A stretch of DNA of 64,000 nt, taken from Lingula anatina (lineage: Eukaryota; Animalia; Brachiopoda). Positions 53,600 through 64,000 of this stretch are shown here, piece by piece. The notes under the pieces were generated by a model. It worked only from the letters and a program-made list of their open reading frames with translations. It made no database searches and was not told the DNA's origin. The DNA is taken from positions 930,001 through 994,000 of the forward strand of contig CM120640.1 in assembly GCA_051362555.1 (NCBI GenBank), written 5' to 3'. How positions within the stretch are numbered: the stretch's first letter is position 1; every line of letters begins with the position of its first letter. A program made the position numbers and the translations under genes.

Positions 53600-56231
53600 A
53601 ACATGAAACACACATAATTATAAAAACTATACCGCTATATAACTATACTAAAAAGCAAGGGCTTTGGATAATTACGAAGAAACATAAGAATAAGTGACCG
53701 GTGTTCCATAATAAACTGAAATAAAGGACCTAACATATGCGTAAAAGTTCGTCGATAATAGAAGAAGGCTTGCACTTGGCAAAGGAGAGGGCGAGATGTA
53801 CCTGTCGGACTCAAACAGCTGAGATAACGAAAAATTCAAAGCAAGAACTATAGGAAACGGTTCTTTAACTGTGATATGCCAAAGTGCAACAACCGCAACC
53901 CATTCATAAAGAATCACTGACAGCCAAAGACCGCCGCATAACCTATTGACCCCGAGGCATTTGTAAACAAGTGTAAGGTATCTGACGATTGTCATGATGA
54001 AGGCAGCAGGACCGAATTTCCATTAAGTGATGTGAAAAATGAAGCCACATGCCTAGGTCCGCTCTTGCTTCACTATTGAGTCGAATATAATGACGGGGGC
54101 GCCTAACACCAACAGTTAAATGAATTTAGCGGCGTAAGAAAGCCCTGCCCGGCACTACGCCTAAGCATGCAAAGTTTAAAACCCATAAGAGATGTAACTC
54201 TTTCAATTGTACCTATTCTCCTTTTAGAAAGCTAGGAAACTAAAACATAACACTTTTCCAATTTGTCCTGTGGCACACGACCTACTAGCGAATCTATTTA
54301 AACGCCGCAATTAGTTGAACAAGTGGTCGGAATAAAGTTTTTTTTTTTTCTTAAGCCATTAATGGGAACCTTACTCCGTTTGCATAATGCAAGAAAATTT
54401 TGTAAATTAAGTTTTGTAAGTTATTAGAAATGGGGGTCCAATGAAAGAAAAATCATCCAATATATAGGATATGGCCGAGGCATGAAATTTTTTTTTTTTT
54501 TTTTTTTTTTAACATCCATTTTAGAGCTGTACTCAGTGATTAAATATTTGGCACGAACGACTTGCACCCATTGGCAGACATGTTTCAAAATAAACAATTC
54601 ATTCCAAGAAAAACAAAGAAGATGATAAACCAAAAGGCTAAGAGCTGAAATGCGGAAAACATCTAGAATGTCAGACCTAGCTAAAACAGCACCAGGGCCG
54701 AAATGTTGGACATGGGCGATAATCGTATAATATATTGAGTTGTACAGAAAATACTCTGGGTATATTAGAATTAACCGAGTCCAGGTGGGGATAAGAAAGG
54801 TCGCGAATAACACGGAATTTATAAGGTTCAGATTTAGTAATAATGTGTAATGGTGAACATTTAAAATATGGAAGAGGGAGATAAAATTGGGCCAGCAATC
54901 CGCCCAGAGGATAAACCTGATTAATATAATCCAAAATCGCTTCAGGATGAGTACGGGCTGATAAATGATTATTAAATGCGTGAATGCTAGGAGTGGTGGT
55001 GCAAGAAGGCAGGAACCCTTGGAAATATATTGATAAGAAAATCACCTGATGAGGATCCTAACCTTAAATACCAATTGTAACAGGGAATGGGTAATCGGAG
55101 TTGTTAGACAATGTTGTAGGCGGGGTCTGTAACTGGGCGTGGGATGTGGGGCAATCGATTTTAGGATGGGATCCCAGTACTGGCAACAGTGCTAAATTAG
55201 CATAGACTAAAGGTGCATTACTCCCTTTTATAAAAAGCAAAAAAAAGATGCCTAGACGAAAGGGACGTAGAAAAGGGGGGGGGGGGGTATTCATGGTTGC
55301 CACTTTTAACGGTAACACAGGGATAACTTATCCCACGGGACCAGTAGTGTTGGTCGTAAGTTGCAAAAGGCGTCATATAAAGACGCAAATCATTAGCATA
55401 AGGAGCTTCTTAATGTTCTAATAGATAAGCCGTACGTAAGTAAGTTTACAGAATCATATAAATTTTTTGTTAGAAAATCGCTGAAAACAAAAAAAAAAAA
55501 AAAAAAAAACTTCAGTCCAAAGGTAAAGGGAAATCAGCGATTTTTACGAGGGCATGTGGATCACTTCCAATTTCATCGGCTGGACCCGTGTGTTTACAGT
55601 GTCGAGAGTCTGCTGATACTGGGTACAGGGTATCTGCTGCTGAGCGTTAGTCTCTTGCAGGGAGGAGTGGGGAGAAGGAGAAGCGCACGGCATTACTGTG
55701 CCGGTGTGACTCGGCTTCTTTCCACCAGGAGCAGTGGATGCAGGAGCCAATCGTCGTTTGCTGGATAATGAGCGCGCATTGGAGACAACCGACATCCTGG
55801 ACCGCTTACGGTACTCCACCCGGGAGGGGTCTTGGAAGGCATGGTAACATAAAAACAAAGGAAACTAAGAAGACCGAAGGCAGTTGCATTTATATATAAG
55901 ACAATTCAGTAATAAAAATTTCCCGGGCCAGGTAATTCAAGTAAGTAAGCGGAATAAGTAATATGAATAAAATATACACTTGTACAGAGAACATATAAAC
56001 CCGGCATAAACCCAACGAATAGCCTGGGTAGATATGGCATGAGCCATAATGATATAAGAAGTGCAAAAAATTAAACATCTCCTAGTCCGCCGCCAGAGAA
56101 AATCCATGCAGGCAACAGCCTCAGCTTAGCCGTGCACGTAAAAACAGGGATATCTGGAAAACCGACTAGGCAACGAACATATAGCTGGGTGACTCCCCAG
56201 AATAGGGGCATAACAGCTCCCAAAAAATTAA

Positions 56232-56604
56232 AACCTAGTATACCAGATACCACAAAGGGCTCTCACTACTAGGCAAACAGTTAAAAACCTGGGAATACAC
56301 CCAGAACCTAGTATACCAGATACCACCAAAGGGCTCTCACTACTAGGCAAACAGTTAAATACCTGGGAAATACACCCAGAACCTAGTATACCAGATACCA
56401 CCAAAGGGCTCTCACTACTAGGCAAACAGTTAAAAACCTGGGAATACACCCAGAACCTAGTATACCAGATACCACAAAGGGCTCTCACTACTAGGCAAAC
56501 AGTTAAAAAACCTGGGAAATACACCCAGAACCTAGTATACCAGATACCACTACAGGGTTCTCACTACTAGGCAAACAGTTAACAACCTGGGAAGTACACC
56601 CAGA
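56232..56604. repeat. ~74-bp minisatellite, 5 units, inside the Ngaro-like element
   Basis: Unit aacctagtataccagatacc...ctcactactaggcaaacagttaa...tacacccag. Confidence 0.9.
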
Positions 56605-58152
56605 AAAAAGAGCATAAAAACTCCAAAAATGCATATCGCCTAGTCGACCAGAAACCCCTAATAATACTCCATCTGGTAATGCGGACACGGAGACAATCGG
56701 AAAAAGGATATGAATAGATTACGGCATGTCAATGACAGCCAGGAAATAGGAAATATGAAAACTGCAAAAACACCTGGCCCGATAGGAATATAAACATAAA
56801 TAAAATAGATGCACACAAAAGAAAAAAAAATCAAAAATAACATGATGAGTGACACCTAAACAAAATAGGTAACAACTGTAGTTGCATAACACAACAATTA
56901 TAAATGTATTGATAAGAACACGTGAAAAAAGGGGGGGAAATGAAAACAAATACTAGCCTGTGTGTGATCCAAAACTTGAAGTCATCCCGTAAAAGTAAAC
57001 AGCCGTCGCCGAAACTTGAATATCAAATACTGGTGACTGGAGAAAAGTGAATATTGTCCAAATAAAATAAAGTCACCAAGTAACAAATAACCGTCAACAG
57101 CCGTCGCTGAATCTTGAATACCAAAACTGGTGGCTGGGGAAAACAGAATAATCCGAAGAAAATGGACACCAAGTAACAAATAGTCGTCCCCAAATCTTGA
57201 AACCACAAAAGCGATGACTGGTAACCAGTGTACAAATAACAATAAAGAAACGTAAGTAATAATACAGTGTAGCTGCTAAAACTGCGGGTAAATATATTCG
57301 CAGCTACAAAGCTGAATGACTTCTAACTGAATGCAGCTCGATGGAATTAATCTCCAAAACATCTTTCATAGAATATACTTGTGTGTGCCTTGATACACAG
57401 CAGCTAAGACATTCCTTAACCCTGGACATCTGTTAACACCTTGTCTTGGTCAATTACTTAAGGTCAAAATGTGCAGACACAAGACCCAAACAAAACGTTG
57501 ATGTATTACCAAAAAGTTAATAGCACCACTAAAACAAACCATTTGCTACATAAATACAATTAATTCTCTTAATTGTAGTTTTTGATAGCCTTGGGTACGC
57601 TTCCCTTGAAGTAAATGGTATTCTCATCACATTTATTCCATGTAGAGTCCCTTACGTCCCCCAACTTATTACTACGCCTCCGGGCGTGGCAATTTATTTC
57701 ATAGTTTTATTCATTAATTCACTCATTTGATCAAATTATATAATGACAATCTTTTACAAAATTCTCTCTCTCCAAGTTCAAAAATTCACCCCAATGCTTT
57801 CAAGTGATTTCCACTATGTTAACGCATATAGAGAGTTCAGATTATGCAGCAGAATCTCGTCCCCGTTTCTTTATAAATATTGAATACTTCTACGTTGATA
57901 AACTGAATAAGGTAGTAACTAAATCATTCTAGAAAAGAAGCAATTCTAATGTGTAAGTGGCAAGTACTACAGGTCACATTATACATGCAAAATGTTTGTT
58001 TATTCTTAAGGTCGTTATATTAAAGGTAATTAACGATCGATTTGAAAAAAAAAACATTGTTTACTTTCAATCTGTTCAAATTCATGTTTTGAATGAATTT
58101 AACCAAAATGATAAAATAAGAACAAAAGAACATAATCTAATCTCACCTGGAC

Positions 58153-59270
58153 TCATTTGAATAATTTAAAAGCATCACAGAATTCACCATCGATCAACAA
58201 AGTGCGGTTCTTTCAAGCAACAGGCAGTTACGGTTGTCTGATCGTCATCAACAATTTCTTGGTTTAGCAACTCCTCAAACATATTCTTATGAAGGTTAAC
58301 ATACGTCTCCACCGCTCTCCGCGTCCCTCCAAAGAAACCACCAGCAAATATCGGGTCTTTGTTCACTTTATATTCCTTTTGAATGGATTTTGTAGCTGAC
58401 CTCTTCGTCGTAAAATAAAAGATTACCCGATGATCGTCTGGATCCATGATGTTTTGGGGGAACCAAAGAGGTGACGGAGGCACGCGCCCAGGTTTTCCCT
58501 CTCCGTATCCAAAATCAATCCAGTAAAAGAACTTAGTATTAAAGCGACCAGATTGACTGGCTTTTAAAAGTAACGGTGCCTTGGAATTGGTTAGGATGTT
58601 GTACCACGGGCAAAATCTATTTGGGTGTTCTAGAAGTTTGTGGCCTTTTTTAAATTTGCCTGAGGACATGACATTATTGACTTGGTCCAAATATTGGGCG
58701 CAGTGTAATTCCTCTTTGAAGAGAGAAATTATTTCCGTTTTGTCCATCGTGTTCGCTCTCATTGCTTCCCCGTGATCTGATTTCTTCAGGAACAAACACG
58801 ATAAAGTTCGACTGCAGCGACAATATGCTTTCGGCGTAAGTGAAATATTTGTCATTATCTCTTTTAAATCTTGGCCAAGAGCCCCGCCCAATGTCAAAAA
58901 ATCCAGTAACGAAGGTAACATCGGCATCTGAAATATATATATATATATATGTCCATATTTGAACGCGTTAGGGTACTTTGTAATATCAATCATTCATTGT
59001 CATAAGTTATAATGGCGTTTATGATAATCTGCAAAAAAAAAAAAATGGATGACAGTTTGAAAGGTCCAGTCTGCAGTGTATAAGGTGTGATATAAGGACG
59101 TGTTTTGCATTACCTGGTGATCATCAGTTTTAATTATTTCTTTTAATCTTAAACCATTCTTAAAATGTAACACGTGCGACACAAACTACTGGCACATTCC
59201 CGTGTACCAATAGCGTCCATTTAGTCTCGCTAGCATTAGAAAACTAATCAGTATACTTACCGACCACGGT
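58153..59270 (-). pseudogene. HtrL/YibB-family pseudogene (5'-truncated, several frameshifts)
   Basis: Paralogue of 24656-25805 with small indels; exon 1 is cut by an Academ-like arm at 59270. Confidence 0.8.
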
Positions 59271-60164
59271 TTGGATTTCTATACACTTAAAGAATCAAAT
59301 ATTGATACTTCATGCATACCATAGTCTTGTCTAACCATAAAATGTTATCTTAAGTTATTATAGGATTATATATATATTTGAAGTTTTAATTTGAACGGGT
59401 ATTTGTGTCGGCTATATTGGATTTGGGGGCCATATATTGAAATTTTTAGACATGCTCATACATCCAAAAGTGCTTGGAATCCTGTTTTACAACTGTACCA
59501 AATGCCATGCTTATAGTTTTTGATGAATTAACCACTCTGCTGGATATCTTGGATAAGTAGAGTGCTTTTTACTATTGGCGGCCATTTTGGATTTAATACA
59601 CCTAAAAAAGCAAATATTGATTCTGAATTCATACCGTGGTGTTTTTTAACCTTTGTATGATATTTACGCCCTTAAAAGACTATATACTTGAAGTTTTAAT
59701 TAGAAGCCGTATTTTTAGAGGCCATCTTGGATTTGAAGGCCATTTTTAAATTTTCGGATATGCCCATTCATCCAAACTTGCTCAGAATTTCATTTTCCAC
59801 AAACCTGCCAAATTTTATGCTTGTAGTTTAAAGTGCTTGGTGAATTCCCCATTCAAATGGATATCTTGAATAAATGGTCTGCTTTTTTACTTTTGGCGGC
59901 CATTTTGGATTTAATACACCGGAAGGATTCATACCATGGTGTTTTCTAACCTTTATATGATATTTTAAGTCATTAGAAGACTATGTACTTGAAGTTTTAA
60001 TTTGAAAAGGTATTTTGGTGGCCATATTGGATTTGACGGCCATTTTGGAATTTTCAGACATGCCCATATATCCAAATTTGCTTAGAATTTTATTGTCCAT
60101 AAGGGTGCCAAATTTCATGCTTGTAGGTAAAAAATGCACAATTTTTCACCAATTTCCTGGACTA
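59270..60164. mobile_element. Right arm of the Academ-like element (copy of ~35959-36852)
   Basis: Near-identical sequence ending caatttcctggacta; partial repeat at 61261-61674. Confidence 0.8.
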
Positions 60165-62770
60165 TCGGCTGACAGCTATTTAGCGTGAACCCCCAGGGAG
60201 TTAGGTCGATCTAAAATAGATCGATCAAATCTCTGGAAATGGGGTCTTAGAGAGGGGGTATTGCAATCAAGGACGCTGCCTCCTGAAATTATTAATCAAT
60301 ATCAAGATCTTTGAGGAGGATGATACACGATAAGCATGCAACAAATGTAATTTATTGGTCACAATACAAGGATTTATGTGGGATGAGTTTATTAATGTTA
60401 GATAAGCTTCCCAAAGAGCTTCGCTCTTATAAATTAAGCTCCAGATGTTTCTTCCCTAATTTCAGTCAGGGTGTCTTCTCTTTTTTTCACACTTATACTT
60501 AATTACTTCCAAGCGGCACTAGTAAGACACAATGATGGGGCGGAACATGATTGGACTGAGCCACTTGGCCTCTGTAAGATCAGCCAATCAGTGGCATATG
60601 AGTTCAGTTACAGAGAGTGAGAGTTACTAAGAGGGGAGATAGGGCTCTCTATCACATCTTCAAAAAAAAAAGAAAAAAAAAAAAAAAAAAAGCACAACGT
60701 TGAGTAGATAATTGTTTAGGAAAAACATTTTAAGGTGAATTTTGGAAAAGTTATTCAAGACCAAGGAAAACCGAGCGGCAGTGCACCATACAAATTTGCA
60801 AATCGGCACCATACTCACTTTGGCGAATTAGTAAGATACGTGACTTACTGGACAAAACTTCAACTGAAAAACTAGTCCATGCTTTCATTACTTCTAAGCT
60901 TGATTATTGCAACAGTCTCTTATATGGTTTAGGCAAAAATCATCTGAACAAACTTCAATTAATTCAAAATTCTGCAGCTAGGCTGGTAACTAAAATGGGA
61001 TGGAACAGCCGAGAGCATATAACACCTGTTTTGATGGAACTTCACTGGCTTCCAGTAAGAGAGAGAATTTTATTAAAAATTTTATGTGTCATTTTTAAAG
61101 CAGTCACTGAGAATAAACCACTTTATATCTCAGAACTTATGAAGCAACATCAGCATGGAAGAGTTACCAGGTCTTCAACTTTTAGTCATTTACTTTTAGA
61201 ACACAGTGTCTTAGAGAAAAAAGCTGGTAAATTTTACGGTGAAAGGGCATTTATGATATATTTTCGGATATGCCCATTCATCCAAACTTGCTCAGAATTT
61301 CATTTTCCACAAACCTGCCAAATTTTATGCTTGTAGTTTAAAGTGCTTGGTGAATTCCCCATTCAAATGGATATCTTGAATAAATGGTCTGCTTTTTTAC
61401 TTTTGGCGGCCATTTTGGATTTAATACACCGGAAGGATTCATACCATGGTGTTTTCTAACCTTTATATGATATTTTAAGTCATTAGAAGACTATGTACTT
61501 GAAGTTTTAATTTGAAAAGGTATTTTGGTGGCCATATTGGATTTGACGGCCATTTTGGAATTTTCAGACATGCCCATATATCCAAATTTGCTTAGAATTT
61601 TATTGTCCATAAGGGTGCCAAATTTCATGCTTGTAGGTAAAAAATGCACAATTTTTCACCAATTTCCTGGACTATCGGCTGACAGCTATTTAGCGTGAAC
61701 CCCCAGGGAGTTAGGTCGATCTAAAATAGATCGATCAAATCTCTGGAAATGGGGTCTTAGAGAGGGGGTATTGCAATCAAGGACGCTGCCTCCTGAAATT
61801 ATTAATCAATATCAAGATCTTTGAGGAGGATGATACACGATAAGCATGCAACAAATGTAATTTATTGGTCACAATACAAGGATTTATGTGGGATGAGTTT
61901 ATTAATGTTAGATAAGCTTCCCAAAGAGCTTCGCTCTTATAAATTAAGCTCCAGATGTTTCTTCCCTAATTTCAGTCAGGGTGTCTTCTCTTTTTTTCAC
62001 ACTTATACTTAATTACTTCCAAGCGGCACTAGTAAGACACAATGATGGGGCGGAACATGATTGGACTGAGCCACTTGGCCTCTGTAAGATCAGCCAATCA
62101 GTGGCATATGAGTTCAGTTACAGAGAGTGAGAGTTACTAAGAGGGGAGATAGGGCTCTCTATCACATCTTCAAAAAAAAAAGAAAAAAAAAAAAAAAAAA
62201 AGCACAACGTTGAGTAGATAATTGTTTAGGAAAAACATTTTAAGGTGAATTTTGGAAAAGTTATTCAAGACCAAGGAAAACCGAGCGGCAGTGCACCATA
62301 CAAATTTGCAAATCGGCACCATACTCACTTTGGCGAATTAGTAAGATACGTGACTTACTGGACAAAACTTCAACTGAAAAACTAGTCCATGCTTTCATTA
62401 CTTCTAAGCTTGATTATTGCAACAGTCTCTTATATGGTTTAGGCAAAAATCATCTGAACAAACTTCAATTAATTCAAAATTCTGCAGCTAGGCTGGTAAC
62501 TAAAATGGGATGGAACAGCCGAGAGCATATAACACCTGTTTTGATGGAACTTCACTGGCTTCCAGTAAGAGAGAGAATTTTATTAAAAATTTTATGTGTC
62601 ATTTTTAAAGCAGTCACTGAGAATAAACCACTTTATATCTCAGAACTTATGAAGCAACATCAGCATGGAAGAGTTACCAGGTCTTCAACTTTTAGTCATT
62701 TACTTTTAGAACACAGTGTCTTAGAGAAAAAAGCTGGTAAATTTTACGGTGAAAGGGCATTTATGATATA
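59751..62770. repeat. Tandem duplication, 1510-bp unit x2
   Basis: ORFs repeat with an offset of 1510 (60311/61821, 60995/62505); the copies look identical by eye. Confidence 0.92.
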
Positions 62771-63140
62771 TGCACCCAAAGTTTGGAACACCTTACCCTC
62801 TGAAATACGAGCAGCAGGTGACATAGATACTTTTAAAAAGCTTTTGAAAACTCATATTTTTAGAATAGCCTATCAGTAAATATCATATAGTTCATTTTAG
62901 TTTTTAATAAGGTGTACTGTAATTTTATGATTAATTTTAAATGTTGTCACTTTAGGTTCTTATCATTTTAGAATATGAATAATTGGTTCTTTAAATTAGT
63001 TCTTAGTCCTTTAAAATTGTAATGTGTTCTTATATTAGTATTGTGCTATTTAGCTCTTTTAAGTGAATGTTGTAAGGCGCATTGAGATTTTTAATGGAAT
63101 GCGCCATAGAAAAATAAATTATTATTATTATTATTATTAT
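62320..63140 (+). mobile_element. L2-clade LINE 3' fragment with (TTA)n tail; truncated copy at ~60810-61260
   Basis: TEKLVHAFITSKLDYCNSLLYGL...IQNSAARLV...ITPVLMELHWLPV...APKVWNTLP; AATAAA plus (TTA)n at ~63113-63140. Confidence 0.85.
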
Positions 63141-63557
63141 ACTTGCTTCAGTGGTGAGTATCTATTTATTTTACTAGTTTTTTCTTGAGTAATAAATTCA
63201 AAGTTGGAACAGTATTTTTCGCACCTAATTATACTGCATCTTGGTTTAAGTTTACATTTAGTTTTACCTGCAGGGAAAGCTTTGCTTGTCTCTTGCTACG
63301 GTAAGTTATTCATGGAGAATGGTGAATAAAGTTTTAGCACTGGGCTACTCATACATCCGTAGGCTGGGGCAAATAGTAGATAATCCACATTAAAGAAAAT
63401 ATTTTAACCATATTGGTTTTGGTACTGCCCTGAGTGTCAGGGCACTATACAGCTAGCTTTCTTAATATACCTTTCATGCGTTAGCTTTACAGTGTCGGTA
63501 TTGCTGTTGTGCGTTATATGAAATCAAGATCGAGCTGGCAATAGCGAAATCTAGAAC

Positions 63558-63760
63558 ATAGGGTAGGTGGTATCAGCCAACAAGTAGTCTGTCACGGTAT
63601 AGGTGGAGGTATAGTTAATCGGGGCCCTAAGTGTCTGAAAAATGAAATGCATGTGGTAGCTAGCTATCACCCAAATGTAGTCTACCTTCAAGTAGGAGGC
63701 AAATATCAGTCGAAGGAAAATTCAGACTCCTTAAAAATATCGCAGGATATTGTTCAATTT
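63558..63760 (+). mobile_element. SGNH-hydrolase-like remnant (retroelement-associated)
   Basis: Translates VCHGIGGGIVNRG...HPNVVYLQVGG, resembling SGNH blocks II-III found in Ngaro/L2 ORFs. Confidence 0.4.
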
Positions 63761-64000
63761 GTATGCGATAATGGACGTTTTAGTCGGAAGGCACTTAACA
63801 ATGACGTTATCTAGAGCATGTGGGCTTAGATTAGAGTGCTGTTGACTACAGTGTTGAAAAAGTTCGTGGTGTTCTTGAAAATCGAGTTAATCAGCAGAAG
63901 AAAAAATATATAAAGAATTAGATTTTCAGAAGTGCGTTTCTTAAAGAGGTACATATTATTTTGAAAGAGAACCTCTTAATTCCATTTTTCACGTCCTTTA

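Larger units (their letters stand above)
51317..57582 (-). mobile_element. Decayed Ngaro/DIRS-type tyrosine-recombinase retrotransposon with split direct repeats
   Basis: Repeat X at 57228-57582 = 52632-52986; repeat Y at 52984-53265 = 51317-~51720. RT-like remnants SPLHIITKSEPYKFRVIRDLSYPHLDSVNSNI and FGPGAVLARSDILDVFRI at 54650-55045. Confidence 0.7.

Noticed and set aside
56232-56604. Regular repeats resembling a CRISPR array
   Set aside because: The units are contiguous with no unique spacers, there are no cas genes, and the context is eukaryotic; it is a minisatellite.

Overview
AT-rich animal genomic DNA with spliceosomal introns and microsatellites, most likely a lophotrochozoan invertebrate such as a mollusc (inference). 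The window is a duplication-rich locus that looks related to defence or secretion. It holds: (1) seven members of an apparently uncharacterised family of small secreted 6-Cys peptides ending in CxC, five intact and two pseudogenes, in two subfamilies with conserved signal peptides and hypervariable mature regions; (2) two copies of a type II membrane glycosyltransferase with tandem GT32/DXD-like domains, each broken by a different frameshift; (3) an LRR-Roc-COR (Roco/MFHAS1-like) gene with a spliced C-terminal CARD; (4) an HtrL/YibB-family gene and its pseudogene; (5) a 5-exon cytosolic sulfotransferase. Between them are many mobile elements: a TA-TSD TIR transposon carrying HTH and BEN-domain ORFs, Academ-like, Kolobok-like, CMC-, Harbinger- and hAT5-type MITEs, a solo LTR, a decayed Ngaro/DIRS element, L2 and RTE fragments, and a tRNA-Val pseudogene. 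Comparing paralogues reveals transposon excision footprints (TA-catg-TA, TA-ggcc-TA). All family assignments come from motifs recognised by eye; no database searches were run.
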